From the NCBI GenBank assembly GCA_963725865.1, contig CAVSAC010000010.1:704001-768000 (forward strand): a stretch of 64,000 bases of DNA, read 5' to 3'. This stretch comes from Candidatus Eiseniibacteriota bacterium. Its GTDB lineage: Bacteria; Eisenbacteria; RBG-16-71-46. Under the pieces are notes generated by a model, which was given only the letters and a program-made list of their open reading frames with translations, ran no database searches and had not been told where the DNA came from. A program made the position numbers and the translations under genes. Of this stretch, positions 1 through 10,177 are shown piece by piece (position 1 is the stretch's first letter; each line of letters starts with the position of its first letter).

Positions 1-323
1 AAGCGCGCGGCGCGGCGCTTGGAGTCCTGATAGTTGGAGTTGCCGCCGTCCACGATCAGATCACCCTTCGCCATCAGCGGCAGCAGCGTGTCGAGGGCGT
101 CGTCCACCGGCTGGCCGGCCGGGATCATGAGCCACACGGTGCGCGGCGCCTTCAGCGCCTGCACCGCCTCGGCGAGCGAATGCGCCGGCACCGCGCCGGC
201 GGACTTCGCCTCGTCGACCGGACCGCTGGAGCGGTTGAACGCCACCACGCGGTGGCCGCGGAGCAGCAGGCGGTACGCCATGTTGAGGCCCATGCGGCCG
301 AGGCCGACGATCGCCAGATCCAT
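1..323 (-). CDS. gnd: 6-phosphogluconate dehydrogenase (decarboxylating), N-terminal part; runs off the window
   Basis: Manual translation from ATG at 323: MDLAIVGLGRMGLNMA...PRTVWLMIPAG...LIVDGGNSNYQDSKRRA. Rossmann GxGxMG and DGGNS motifs; AGGAG upstream. Confidence 0.93.
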   Translation of the reverse strand, partial: MDLAIVGLGRMGLNMAYRLLLRGHRVVAFNRSSGPVDEAKSAGAVPAHSLAEAVQALKAPRTVWLMIPAGQPVDDALDTLLPLMAKGDLIVDGGNSNYQDSKRRAAR

Positions 324-467
324 TGGGAGGGGCTCCTTCCTCGAGTCGGGACGCGCCGGGGGAGGCGGGCGCAGGGCGGAATGTCGGCGCGGATGTAAGC
401 GCGGGATGGCCTGCGCGCGCAAGTGCGATGTGGCCGCCGCCGCGTCGTGCGCGGGGCGGCGACCGCG

Positions 468-1655
468 CTACTCGACGGGCAGCGGCTGGTGCGCCGCCGC
501 GACGTCGGCATGGGACCGGGGCAGGCGCGGCAGGCTGACGGCGCACGCGAGCCCCACCAGCAGCAGCGCGGTGAGCGTGGCCAGTGCCAGCGGCAGCCCG
601 CGATGGTCGGCAAGCGCCCCGATCGGCCCGATGAGCAGCGCCCCGACCCCCCACGCCGCGCCCATCAGCAGGCTCGAGATGGTGCTGGAGTGGCGCGGCG
701 AGAGCTCCTGGCCGAGCACCACGTTGACCGGCAGCGAGGCCTGCAGCACGAACGCTCCCACCACCAGGCACGCGAGCCCCGCCGCGTCCGGGAGGAGCAG
801 AAACGCGACGAACAGCGGGGTCGAGCCGACGAACGAGATCACCACCACGCGTCGGCCGCCGATGCGCTCCGCGAGCCAGCCGCCCAGGAATCCGCCGAGT
901 GCGCCCGCGGCGAGGTAGGCCGTCACCAGCAGGCCGCCCGTCTCGACGCTGTAGCCATGGCGATTCAGGTGGATGGGCAGGAACGTCATGAAACCGAACG
1001 ACACCGCCGAGCGGCACACCACCACCAGGTAGAGCAGCGTCAGCGGCCGCATGACCGGCCGCAGTTCGCGCAGCGCGGGGCGCTGGCCGCCGGCGTGCCG
1101 GGGCATCGCGATCCGCGTGGTCTGCAGCGACAGCAGCAGGCCGAGCACCAGCCCGGGCGCCATCGCGAGCCAGGCCCGATCGAGCCCTACCCAGCGGGTG
1201 ACGGTGACGGCGTAGAGCGGCCCGAGCGCGAAGCCGAGCGTGCCCCCGGTGATGAAGATGGACATCGCCACTGAGCGGCGGCCCTCGACGTGGGCCGCGA
1301 GCACGGCCGCCTGGGGATGGAACGCCGCCACCCCGAGCCCGCCGATCATCAACAGCCCGATCAGCGCGGGGTACGTCGGCGCACTGCCGACGGAGGCCAG
1401 GAACGCGGCCCCCACCAGCGGGCCGACGGCCACGAACCACGGGCGACGCAGATGGTCGGACAGCCATCCGAACAGCGGCTGGGAGAACGATGAGGCGAGG
1501 GAGCCGAGCGCGACCAGCGCGCCGACGCGCGTCAGGCTGAGGTCGAGCCGCTGCATGAGCAGCGGCAGCAACGGCGGGTAGAACGACGAGTACGCGTCGA
1601 TCGTGAAGTGCGCGAAAGCGAGCAGCGCGAGTCGTCCGCCCAGGAGGCGTCGCAT
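468..1655 (-). CDS. MFS transporter (Fsr/fosmidomycin-resistance-like)
   Basis: About 12 hydrophobic segments; HFTIDAY, QPLFGWLSD, GVAAFHP and GGWLAERIGGRR motifs. Confidence 0.88.
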   Translation of the reverse strand: MRRLLGGRLALLAFAHFTIDAYSSFYPPLLPLLMQRLDLSLTRVGALVALGSLASSFSQPLFGWLSDHLRRPWFVAVGPLVGAAFLASVGSAPTYPALIGLLMIGGLGVAAFHPQAAVLAAHVEGRRSVAMSIFITGGTLGFALGPLYAVTVTRWVGLDRAWLAMAPGLVLGLLLSLQTTRIAMPRHAGGQRPALRELRPVMRPLTLLYLVVVCRSAVSFGFMTFLPIHLNRHGYSVETGGLLVTAYLAAGALGGFLGGWLAERIGGRRVVVISFVGSTPLFVAFLLLPDAAGLACLVVGAFVLQASLPVNVVLGQELSPRHSSTISSLLMGAAWGVGALLIGPIGALADHRGLPLALATLTALLLVGLACAVSLPRLPRSHADVAAAHQPLPVE

Positions 1656-1698
1656 GAGGGGTGCGACACTAGCACAGCTCCGGCGGAGCGCGGTCCGG

Positions 1699-4683
1699 CT
1701 ACGCGGCGTTCAGGATGCGCTCCAGCCGGCGGACGTACTGCTCGGTGTGCTCCACTTCGACCGCCGCGCGGGCGAGCAGCGCCGGCATCTCGGAGAGGGC
1801 CTCCTCGCGGCCGGCGCGCTCGATGGTCTCGAAGACGTCCTGGCAGAGCGTGGCGCCGACCGTGGCCGCCATGCCCTTGAGGCCGTGCGCCTCGAACTCC
1901 ACGCGCCGCGCGTCGCGCAGCTTCACCGCGTCGGACAGACGCGCCATCTTGGGCTGCACGTCCGCGAGGAACGTGTGGAGCAGCGCGTCGCGCAGCGACG
2001 GGATGCCCATCGACGATTCCTCGAGGCGGGTGGCGTCGATCGGCGTCGTGGGATCGTGCGCGGCGTGGCCGAGGCCGTCCGACAGCGCGGCGTCCAGCTC
2101 GTCGTGCAGCGTCTGCACGTCGGCCTCGACCAGCGCCTGCGGCTCGGCGGACTTGTGCTCCACCAGGCGCAGCCCCGGCGCGGGTGCCGCGCCCGGCTGC
2201 TCGGGATCGACGAGCGCCGGGCGGGTCAGCCGCTCGACCATCTCGCACATCACGCCGAGGTCGATCGGCTTGGGCAGGAAGTCGTCGACGCCGGCACTCA
2301 GGACACGCTCGCGGTCGCCCGGCATCACCATGCCCGTCATCGCCACGATCGGCGTCCGCACGCCCCCGCGCTCGCGGGCGCGCATCGCGGACACCGCCTT
2401 GAACCCGTCCATGTCCGGCAGGTTCATGTCGAACAGGATGAGGTCGAAGCGCTGCCGCTCGCTGGCCGCGAGACCCTCGGCGGCGGTCGAGCAGACTTCG
2501 ACGCCGTAACCCATGCGGCGCAGCGCCATGTCGGCCACCAGCTGGTTCACCCGGCTGTCCTCGACCACCAGCACGCGCACGCGGCTGCGGCGCGCCTCGG
2601 CGATCGTGTGGCGCGTCACCAGCGGCGGTGCGCCCTCGCCCACCGCGGCGGGCCCGTGCGAGAGCACCGCGATCAGCGCGTCGTACAGCTCCGACCACTG
2701 CACCGGCTTCAGCAGGTAGGCAGAGAAGCCCATCGAGACCGCGCGCGCGGCGTCGCCGCGGTTGCCGACGCTCGTCAGCAGCAGCGTGCGGGTGCCGTCG
2801 AGGCGCTCGTCGCTGTGGATCTGCCAGCCGAGCTTCTCGCCGTCGCCGGTGGTGAGCTGACGCTCGATCAGCGCGAAGCGGTAGGGGTCGCCCTGGTCGG
2901 CGGCCTGGCGCAGCGCCGCGAGCGCCTGATCGGCGCTCTCGAGCGTCTCGGTGCGGCAGCCCCACATGGTGAGCATCTCGGCGAGCGACTCGCGGCTCGC
3001 GCGCGAGATGTCGACCACCAGCGCGCGCTGCCCGCGCAGCACCACGTGGTCGGGCAGCTGGGGCAGCTCGTGGAGCAGCTGCTTGCTGAACGGGACCGTG
3101 AACCAGAAGGTGCTGCCCTGCCCGGGGGTGCTCTCCACGCCCACCTCGCCCCCCATCAACGTGATGAGCTGGCGGGCGATCGAGAGCCCGAGTCCGGTGC
3201 CGCCGAAGCGTCGCGCGATGCTGGGATCGGCCTGCGAGAACGCCTGGAACAGCCGTCCCTGCGCCTCGGTCGGGATGCCGATGCCGGTGTCGACCATCGC
3301 GAAGCGGAGCGACACGCGCTCCTCGTCCTCCTCGACTCGCTCGATGCGGATCGTGACCGAGCCGGCCTCGGTGAACTTGATGGCATTGCTGCCGAGATTG
3401 AGCAGTACCTGGCGCAGTCGCCCGGGATCGCCGTGCAGCCGCGACGGCACCTCGTGGTGCACCTGGGTCTCCAGCTGCAGGGCCTTCTCGTTGGCGAGCG
3501 GCGCCAGCAGCGTGGCGACCTCCTCGATCGTCACCCGCAGATCGAAGTCGATGTGCTCGACTTCGAGCCGGCCGGCCTCGAGGCGCGAGAAGTCGAGTGT
3601 GTCGTTGATCAGCGTCAGCAGCGCCTCGCTCGAGGTGCGGATGACCTCGACCAGACTGCGCTGCTCGGGGTCCAACTCGGTCTCGAGGAGCAGGTGGGTC
3701 ATCACCATCACGCCGTTCATCGGCGTGCGGATCTCGTGGCTCATGGTGGCGAGATGCTCGGACTTGAGCTGCGCCTGCGCCCGCGCTTCGTCGAGCTGGA
3801 CCGCGAGCTCGGGCTGCGCCGCTGGCGCCGCCCCGTTGCCGTTGGTGAGCTGGAACTCCAGCTCCGCGACGCGCGCGTGCAGCGCGAGCAGCTCGGTGTC
3901 GTCACCGACGCGCGCCGCGGCACGCGCGGTCGCGAGCTCCGACGTCAGCTCGCGGACGCGGATCTCCAGCTCCTCCTCGCGCATCGAGGGCCCGCGCGGT
4001 CCGAACGCCGCGCGCGCGGCGGACAGCTGTTCCTCGAGATTCCGCACCTCGCCGCGCAGCACGTCGCGTTCCGACGAGGCGTGGGCCAGCTCGTTCAGCT
4101 GCTCGCGCAGCCGATCGGCCTCGAGGGCGTCGACCGAGGCCTGCTCGAGCGCGCGGCGCAGCGTCTCGGACTCGGCCGCGGCGGACTCGAGGGTGCGGAT
4201 GCGCTCGATCATCGCGGTATCGTCACCCGATAGCGCCAGCGCGGGCTCCGGCGTGCCCTCGGCGATGATCGCCGCACGGGCGCCCTCGGACTCCTGCGGG
4301 TGCCCCACGCCCACGAACGAGAAATCGCCGTCCATGCGCTCGAACCCGCGCACCACGACATGAACGCGCGCCAACCCGCCCGCGGCGGCGTGCACGGTGA
4401 CCATGCGGCTGGTGATCGGCGTGCGGCGATCGCGCTGCTTCAGGAAGTGGCGCACCACGTGCCCGCGCTCGGAGGGCAGGATCAGCCCGCTGACGTGCTG
4501 CCCGAGCAGCTCCGACACGCGCGAGCCGACCAGGTCGGCGAGCGCGGGGTTCAGCCACTGCAGGCGTCCGTCCGCGTCGCACGCGAACAGGTACTCGGGG
4601 GTCGCGTCCAGCATCTCGCGCAACCCGATCGGCGCGAATCCTGACAGTCCCGTGGGACGTGCGGGCATGGAGTGCTCACTCAT
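1699..4683 (-). CDS. Cytoplasmic hybrid sensor histidine kinase (PAS, coiled coil, HisKA, HATPase, REC, REC, Hpt)
   Basis: H-box MSHEIRTPMNGV, N-box NLGSNAIKFT, DTGIGI, GGTGLGLSI, receiver FDMNLPDMDG, Hpt AHGLKG; ATG at 4683 with GAGG upstream. Confidence 0.93.
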   Translation of the reverse strand: MSEHSMPARPTGLSGFAPIGLREMLDATPEYLFACDADGRLQWLNPALADLVGSRVSELLGQHVSGLILPSERGHVVRHFLKQRDRRTPITSRMVTVHAAAGGLARVHVVVRGFERMDGDFSFVGVGHPQESEGARAAIIAEGTPEPALALSGDDTAMIERIRTLESAAAESETLRRALEQASVDALEADRLREQLNELAHASSERDVLRGEVRNLEEQLSAARAAFGPRGPSMREEELEIRVRELTSELATARAAARVGDDTELLALHARVAELEFQLTNGNGAAPAAQPELAVQLDEARAQAQLKSEHLATMSHEIRTPMNGVMVMTHLLLETELDPEQRSLVEVIRTSSEALLTLINDTLDFSRLEAGRLEVEHIDFDLRVTIEEVATLLAPLANEKALQLETQVHHEVPSRLHGDPGRLRQVLLNLGSNAIKFTEAGSVTIRIERVEEDEERVSLRFAMVDTGIGIPTEAQGRLFQAFSQADPSIARRFGGTGLGLSIARQLITLMGGEVGVESTPGQGSTFWFTVPFSKQLLHELPQLPDHVVLRGQRALVVDISRASRESLAEMLTMWGCRTETLESADQALAALRQAADQGDPYRFALIERQLTTGDGEKLGWQIHSDERLDGTRTLLLTSVGNRGDAARAVSMGFSAYLLKPVQWSELYDALIAVLSHGPAAVGEGAPPLVTRHTIAEARRSRVRVLVVEDSRVNQLVADMALRRMGYGVEVCSTAAEGLAASERQRFDLILFDMNLPDMDGFKAVSAMRARERGGVRTPIVAMTGMVMPGDRERVLSAGVDDFLPKPIDLGVMCEMVERLTRPALVDPEQPGAAPAPGLRLVEHKSAEPQALVEADVQTLHDELDAALSDGLGHAAHDPTTPIDATRLEESSMGIPSLRDALLHTFLADVQPKMARLSDAVKLRDARRVEFEAHGLKGMAATVGATLCQDVFETIERAGREEALSEMPALLARAAVEVEHTEQYVRRLERILNAA

Positions 4684-4906
4684 GAAATGACCTCGTGAGG
4701 CGACGAGGGACGATGGCGCGCCCGGCATCCGGTCCGGGCGCTTCGAACTCGGTTTCGGCTGCCGCGACTCCGGACTTGAGCGCTCTCTGGGCCACCCGTT
4801 CGGGACTCAAGCGGCCGCCGCCCCGGCACTTGCCCGGCCGCGCCGGTGGCTCGACGCCCCCCGCGAGCGTGCCCCGCCGCGCCGCGCGCGAGCTGCCGAG
4901 CGGCGC

Positions 4907-5149
4907 TCAGGACGCCGCGGCTCGCGCCGCGCTTCGCGCGCCCGGCGCCGCCGGCGCCGGCCAGTCGCTCGCCGGTTCGGCCGTGAGCGGCATCGTCGGC
5001 CGCGGCCCGCCCGCTTCGCCGAGCAGCTCCCCTGCCACCTCGGTGTATCTGGGCGGAAGGTAGCCGGGCAGCGGCAGGGCTGGATGGAAGTGGGCCATCC
5101 CGCGGCGCAGGACGGCGGTCGGGAAGAACTTCAGACGATTCTGCGGCAT
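4907..5149 (-). CDS. Possible small hypothetical protein (80 aa)
   Basis: ORF fills an intergenic gap in the orientation of its neighbours; no motif recognised. Confidence 0.3.
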   Translation of the reverse strand: MPQNRLKFFPTAVLRRGMAHFHPALPLPGYLPPRYTEVAGELLGEAGGPRPTMPLTAEPASDWPAPAAPGARSAARAAAS

Positions 5150-5293
5150 GCGGATGACCCCGGCGGCGAGGGAAGTGGCGGAGCAGCCGGAATCCTCATG
5201 GGCAAACCGCGTGCCGGGCGGGTCCGGGCGGGCCCGCGAGGCCCGGTGGGTCCCGCGTGGGCGCCGGGCGGAGGTCGCCGGGCACCCCGTGCT

Positions 5294-5836
5294 TCAACGC
5301 GTTCGCGACTTGATGCGGTGGAACTCGCGCACGAACGCCTGGGCGTCGCGATCCGAGAACGCCTCCAGCACGTCCTCGTCGTGGACGTCGACATCCTCGA
5401 ACAGCCGGTCGCCATCCTCGTCGATCACCACCAGTCGACCGTCGCGGTAGAAGACGTCCCGGATCGCGCGGATCGGACACTCCGCGCTGTGGTCGAGCAG
5501 CGATCGGACGCCGGAGAGCACCGCGGTCTTGATGATCGAGCCCAGCGGACAGTCCTCGTCCTCGCGCTCCTCGCGCCGCAGCTCGCGTGTCACCCGGCGC
5601 AACTTGCGATCGGAGAGCTGCATGGCGACCACGTTTGAGGTGAGGACGATGGTGATGTCACCGTCCTCGCTGTCCATCGCGAAGCGCGCCTGGTCGGGCG
5701 CGTAGCGTGAGGACCAGCGGATCGGCGGGTCGCAGCTCAAACCGAAGGACTCGTGGTGGCGGTCGGCGCGCGCGGGCGTGGCGAGCGTCAGCGCCAGGAG
5801 CGCAGGTAGGGCGAGTGCGAAGGAGAGGCGTCTCAT
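5294..5836 (-). CDS. Exported hypothetical protein
   Basis: GGAG RBS then MRRLSFALALPALLALTLATPARA signal peptide; acidic globular remainder. Confidence 0.8.
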   Translation of the reverse strand: MRRLSFALALPALLALTLATPARADRHHESFGLSCDPPIRWSSRYAPDQARFAMDSEDGDITIVLTSNVVAMQLSDRKLRRVTRELRREEREDEDCPLGSIIKTAVLSGVRSLLDHSAECPIRAIRDVFYRDGRLVVIDEDGDRLFEDVDVHDEDVLEAFSDRDAQAFVREFHRIKSRTR

Positions 5837-6021
5837 GGCGAATCTCCGCGTGGGTTCCCGGGCGACGGGGCAAGGGACACCGCTGCTACGGCGCGCCGGG
5901 GCTCCGGGTTGCGGGAGGCGCAGCTGGCGCTGCGGGGGCCGACCCGGGGGCAAGCCGCGGAACCCGCGCGGGGGTCGGCGACCGGAGGGGCCCGGTCGAG
6001 ACGGTCCGCGGAGCCAATGGA

Positions 6022-6054
6022 AGGGCTCCGGTCCGACAGCGGGACCGGAGCCCT
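6022..6054 (-). terminator. Hairpin closing the small minus-strand transcript
   Basis: Perfect 13-bp inverted repeat AGGGCTCCGGTCC-N7-GGACCGGAGCCCT; only a weak U-tract. Confidence 0.65.
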
Positions 6055-6130
6055 GAGACATTCGGTATCGGCGGCGTTGGGTCACCCCGCGTCGGGGCTC
6101 ATCCGGTGCGCCACTGCGTCCCGAGGTCCC

Positions 6131-6175
6131 CTACGAGGACGCCACCTCCACCGAACGACGACTCTTACTGTCCAA
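6131..6175 (-). CDS. Candidate 14-aa sORF (MDSKSRRSVEVASS) inside a structured small RNA
   Basis: TTG start preceded by AAAGGAGGTGATCC (6177-6190), the perfect complement of the 16S 3' end; TAG stop at 6131-6133. Confidence 0.5.
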   Translation of the reverse strand: MDSKSRRSVEVASS

Positions 6176-6292
6176 TGGATCACCTCCTTTTCGGGGCCTC
6201 ACTGCCTTGGAGGGACCCATCCCTCCCGATCCCTCGGCCGCCCGAGCCTCCAGGACCGCGTGCGGAGAGCCGCACGAGTGAACTTGCTCGTC

Positions 6293-6321
6293 AGTTTGGG
6301 TGGGGTCCCGCCGGCTGTCAA
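6293..6321 (-). promoter_or_regulatory. Sigma70-type promoter
   Basis: TTGACA (6321-6316), 17-nt spacer, CAAACT (6298-6293). Confidence 0.6.
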
Positions 6322-6537
6322 CCCTCGAGGCACGAACTCGACCGAGTCCGAACACCCGAGCATTCATCCTCGCGTCCGGTCCGCCATCCCGGGCGCCCCG
6401 GCTGGCCCCAACACCGCGGCCACCCTCGAACGAGAGTGGCCGTGGCGATGAGACACGCCCCGTCGCGCGAGCGAAGTCCACGCGGAGCGCGCCGGTCGGC
6501 GTGCGGCGAATCGGCCGCGACGCCGATCGGCGAAACC

Positions 6538-8649
6538 TCACTTCAGTCGGATCAGCCGTTCGGTACGGATCCCCCACGGCGTGCTAAGCCGTACGAAGTA
6601 CAAGCCAGTCTCGGTGGTCCGGCCTTCGGCGTGGCGACCATCCCACGTCCAGGTGTGCGAGCCCGCGGTCGTCCATTCCTCGGCATGCCAGACGCGGCGA
6701 CCCGACAGGTCCAGGATCTCGATCCGCGCGGCGCCCGCCTGCGGCAGCGAGAAGCGCAGCTGCGCGGGTCCGCGGGTCGGATTCGGCATCGGGGCTGCAA
6801 GCGCCAGCCGCGCGGGGCCATCGATCCCCACCGCGAGCGACCCGCTGCCGATCGTGAACGTGCTGTCGCTGGTGGCGCTGGCGGTGTGGAGCGCCGCGTC
6901 GTAGGCGATCACCCGCACCAACGCGCTCTCGGTGGTCGCGCTCGGCAGCGTCCAGGCGAAGGTGCCGGTGTTTGCGAGCCCGCGGGCGACCAGCGTCCAC
7001 GGCCCGGGCGCCCCCGCCGCCGAGTACTCGATGCTCACCGAGTCCACGCCGAGGTTGTCGCTCGCAGTCCAGGTGACGTCGTGCGCGCTGCTCGGCCCCC
7101 ACGTCTCGCCACCGACCGGCGAGGTGAGTTGCACCGTCGGCGGGGTCACGTCGAGGAACGACGCCGCGAGGGTGTGGTAGTCGGCCACTCCGGTGAACGG
7201 ATAGCTGGTCACCGCGCCCACCGAGGCCCCGTCCACGACGACGTCGGTGATCAGGCAGCCGGCGAGCGGCGCGATGGCGAACGTGCGCCCCGCCCCCTGC
7301 GAGACGTTCACGACTCCCGCGGGCGTGACGGTGCCCCCGGGTCCGGCGCTGGCGGTGATGGTCCAGTAGTCGATGGCGAACGTGGCGAGGCTCGAGTCGA
7401 CGGCCACGTTGCCGGCAGCGTCGTGAGCGATCACGCGCACGCGCGCGGCCGGGCTGCCCGGCGCGGGCGCGGTCCAGAAGTACGTGCCGATGTTCCCGAT
7501 CCCGGTCGCGATCGGCGTCCACGTCGCGCCGCCGTCGCCGGTCCACGCGAGGTCGACGCTGCTCACCGCCACGTTGTCGCTCGCGGTCCACGTGATCGCG
7601 TGCGACGAGCCGACCTTCCAGGTCTCGCCGCCGTCCGGCGCGAACAGGTTCGCGAGCGGCGCGATGCCGTCGATCGCGCCCGAGTTCGTGAACGTGTCGG
7701 CGAAGCCGTTCCCGCGCACGGTGTCGACGCCGCCGGCCTCCCAAGTCGCGGAGATCGCGATCTGGCCGTTCGAGACCTTGTCCCAGGTCGGATTCGGGAT
7801 CGCGCCGGCGCCGGTCTCGCACCAATAGGTCTTGACGCCATGGTTGTGGAGGCGATTCACCGCGGCCGCGGTCGGATGACCGTACGAGTTGCCGTTGCCC
7901 TCCGAGAGGATGCTGAGTTTCGGCGTCGTCGCGTTGAGCCAATTGTCGTTGGTCGAGGTGGCGGATCCGTGATGGTGCACCTTGTACACCTCGATCGGCC
8001 CCATCTCGGGGCCCACGATGCTCTCGATGTCGCGGTAGCTGCCGGAATTGGCGCCCCCGAGATCACCCCCGAAGCTCTGGTCGTACTCGCCGTAGCTGAC
8101 CTTGAGCACCATGCTGAGCGTGTTCTCGTCGGTCGTGCTCACGCCCGCGCCGTTGAGGTCGACGCACTTGATGAACACCGGGTGTGCCGACAGCGAATCG
8201 AGCGTGATGACCTGGTTCTTCACCATCGTGCGCCGCTTGTTCCCGAGCGCCGCCACGTAATTGGTGTAGGTGGCCGTCGTGTACGAGCCGCCGCGGTCCC
8301 AGCCGTAGCCGATGGTGATGCCGCCGTTGACGATGTTCGTGAAGTTCCCGATGTGGTCGCTGTGGTAATGGCTCGCGAAGTGGTAGTCGACGTGCGTCAC
8401 GCCGAGCGCCAGGAGCTGGTTGAGCACCGTCACGCCGCTTGCGTTCGAGAGGCCGCCCTGACCTTCATCGATGAGCACCACCTGGCCGAGCGGGCTGATG
8501 ATCAGCGCGCCATCGCCCTGGCCGACATCGAGGTGGATGATCTGGAGTCGGCCATTCGCGGTGACGGCGCCGGCAGGGGCCACGCAGGCGAGGAGAAGGG
8601 CGAGCGTGGCAGCGATGCACGCCGTACCGCAGGGTCGTATCGGGGACAT
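6538..8649 (-). CDS. Secreted ComEC/Rec2-like metallo-beta-lactamase-fold hydrolase with Ig-like domains and FlgD/T9SS-like C-terminal domain
   Basis: Signal peptide; LDVGQGD, SHYHSDHIG (HxHxDH), KVHHHGS, GNGNSYGHP; two PxGGETW Ig-like units; tail PNPTRG...ILDLSGRRV...WDG...GLYFVRL. Confidence 0.88.
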   Translation of the reverse strand: MSPIRPCGTACIAATLALLLACVAPAGAVTANGRLQIIHLDVGQGDGALIISPLGQVVLIDEGQGGLSNASGVTVLNQLLALGVTHVDYHFASHYHSDHIGNFTNIVNGGITIGYGWDRGGSYTTATYTNYVAALGNKRRTMVKNQVITLDSLSAHPVFIKCVDLNGAGVSTTDENTLSMVLKVSYGEYDQSFGGDLGGANSGSYRDIESIVGPEMGPIEVYKVHHHGSATSTNDNWLNATTPKLSILSEGNGNSYGHPTAAAVNRLHNHGVKTYWCETGAGAIPNPTWDKVSNGQIAISATWEAGGVDTVRGNGFADTFTNSGAIDGIAPLANLFAPDGGETWKVGSSHAITWTASDNVAVSSVDLAWTGDGGATWTPIATGIGNIGTYFWTAPAPGSPAARVRVIAHDAAGNVAVDSSLATFAIDYWTITASAGPGGTVTPAGVVNVSQGAGRTFAIAPLAGCLITDVVVDGASVGAVTSYPFTGVADYHTLAASFLDVTPPTVQLTSPVGGETWGPSSAHDVTWTASDNLGVDSVSIEYSAAGAPGPWTLVARGLANTGTFAWTLPSATTESALVRVIAYDAALHTASATSDSTFTIGSGSLAVGIDGPARLALAAPMPNPTRGPAQLRFSLPQAGAARIEILDLSGRRVWHAEEWTTAGSHTWTWDGRHAEGRTTETGLYFVRLSTPWGIRTERLIRLK

Positions 8650-8929
8650 CAGGTCTCCGCGGCTCCGGAGACGCTTCGGGGGCGTTTTCGGGAGCATTCG
8701 GGGGTGGCGACCGCGCCGGCCATCCTCTTGATGGCCCGGCCCGGGTCCGTATGGTCGCACTGATTGTAGCAAGGAGACCCGCGCGAAGCCCAATCGAAAC
8801 GCGCCCGACCGTGCGCGGAGTGAAGCGTCATCGAACCGCCCGCGGTCCGCGGCCGCCTCATCCACCTGTGCCGCACCGCACTCGGGGCGCGGACCGCACG
8901 CGCCCTGGCCGGCACGACCGCGAGACGGT

Positions 8930-10177
8930 TCAGGCCCCTGGGTCGAGCGCGCGCCCGCGCGTCTCCGGCAGCGCCATCACCGCGAGCAGCACCAGCAGGT
9001 ACGCGAGCACCGCGAAGCCGCCGATCGCGGCGCCCAGCGGCAGCCGCGCGCTCAGCAGCCCCACCAGCGCCGGGAACAGCGCTCCCATGCCGCGGCCGAA
9101 GTTGTACGCGAGGCCCATCCCGGAGCCGCGCACCGGGCCCGGGAAGAGCTCCGCGAAGAACGCTCCCACCCCGCTGAAGTTGCCCGATACGAAGAAGCCG
9201 AGCGGGAAGCCAAGCACCAGCATCAGCGCATCGCCGATCGGCAGCAGCGTGTAGGCGACCGCCACCAGCGCGGCGCCGAGGGCGAAGATCACGAACCCGG
9301 GGCGACGACCGAGGCGGTCCGACACCCACGCCGACGTCAGGTAGCCGGCGAAGGAGCCGGCGATGATCACCACCAGGTAGCCGCTGGTGTCGAGCACCGA
9401 GAGCCCCCGCACGTTCCTGAGGAACGTGGGCAGCCAGATCGTGATCGCGTAGTAGCCACCCTGCATGCCGGTGGTCATCAGACACGCGAGCGCCGTCGTG
9501 CCGAGCAGGCCGGGCGCGAGGACGCGCAGGAACCCGCCGCGCCCACCGCGCGTCGGCCCGGGCCTCGCGCGAGGCGGCTCGGGGACGCGCCGGCGCACGT
9601 AGAGGATGAGCAACGCCGGCAGGATCCCGGACCAGAACAGCGCGCGCCACGCGAGCGCGGGTGGCAGCAACGTGAAGCTCAACGCGTAGAGCACCGCGGC
9701 GGCGCCCCAGCCGAGCGCCCAGCCGCTCTGCACGATGCCCACCGCTCGCCCGCGCCGGGGTGCCGCGATCATCTCGGCGACCAGCGCCGCGCCCACCGCC
9801 CACTCGCCGCCGAAGCCCACGCCCTGCAGGCTGCGCAGCACCAGCAGGTCGCGCGGTCCACGGCTGAAGCCCGCGAGGAACGTGAACAGCGCGAACCAGG
9901 CGATCGTGAGCTGCAGCATGCGCACGCGGCCGACGCGGTCCGAGAGCGCGCCCGCCAGCCAGCCGCCGACCGCCGAGCACACGAGCGTGGTGGTCGCGAT
10001 GATGCCGGCCTGGCCCCGCGTCATGCCCCACTGCACCATCAGGGCCGGGATCGCGAAGGTGTAGATCATGAAGTCGAACGCATCGACCGCCCAGCCGCCG
10101 AACGCGGCGAGCAGCGTGTGGCGTTCGGCGGCGGCGAGTCCTCGCCACTCCTCGAGCATCGGCACCTCGCGCATCAT
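8930..10177 (-). CDS. MFS transporter (organic acid/sugar symporter-like)
   Basis: DAFDF, GALSDRVGR, QGVGFGGEW and AELFP motifs; about 12 TM segments. Confidence 0.9.
   Translation of the reverse strand: MMREVPMLEEWRGLAAAERHTLLAAFGGWAVDAFDFMIYTFAIPALMVQWGMTRGQAGIIATTTLVCSAVGGWLAGALSDRVGRVRMLQLTIAWFALFTFLAGFSRGPRDLLVLRSLQGVGFGGEWAVGAALVAEMIAAPRRGRAVGIVQSGWALGWGAAAVLYALSFTLLPPALAWRALFWSGILPALLILYVRRRVPEPPRARPGPTRGGRGGFLRVLAPGLLGTTALACLMTTGMQGGYYAITIWLPTFLRNVRGLSVLDTSGYLVVIIAGSFAGYLTSAWVSDRLGRRPGFVIFALGAALVAVAYTLLPIGDALMLVLGFPLGFFVSGNFSGVGAFFAELFPGPVRGSGMGLAYNFGRGMGALFPALVGLLSARLPLGAAIGGFAVLAYLLVLLAVMALPETRGRALDPGA

Noticed and set aside
6177..6190. GGATCACCTCCTTT as a 16S rRNA 3' fragment
   Set aside because: No other 16S sequence precedes it. 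It reads better as an SD on the minus strand.
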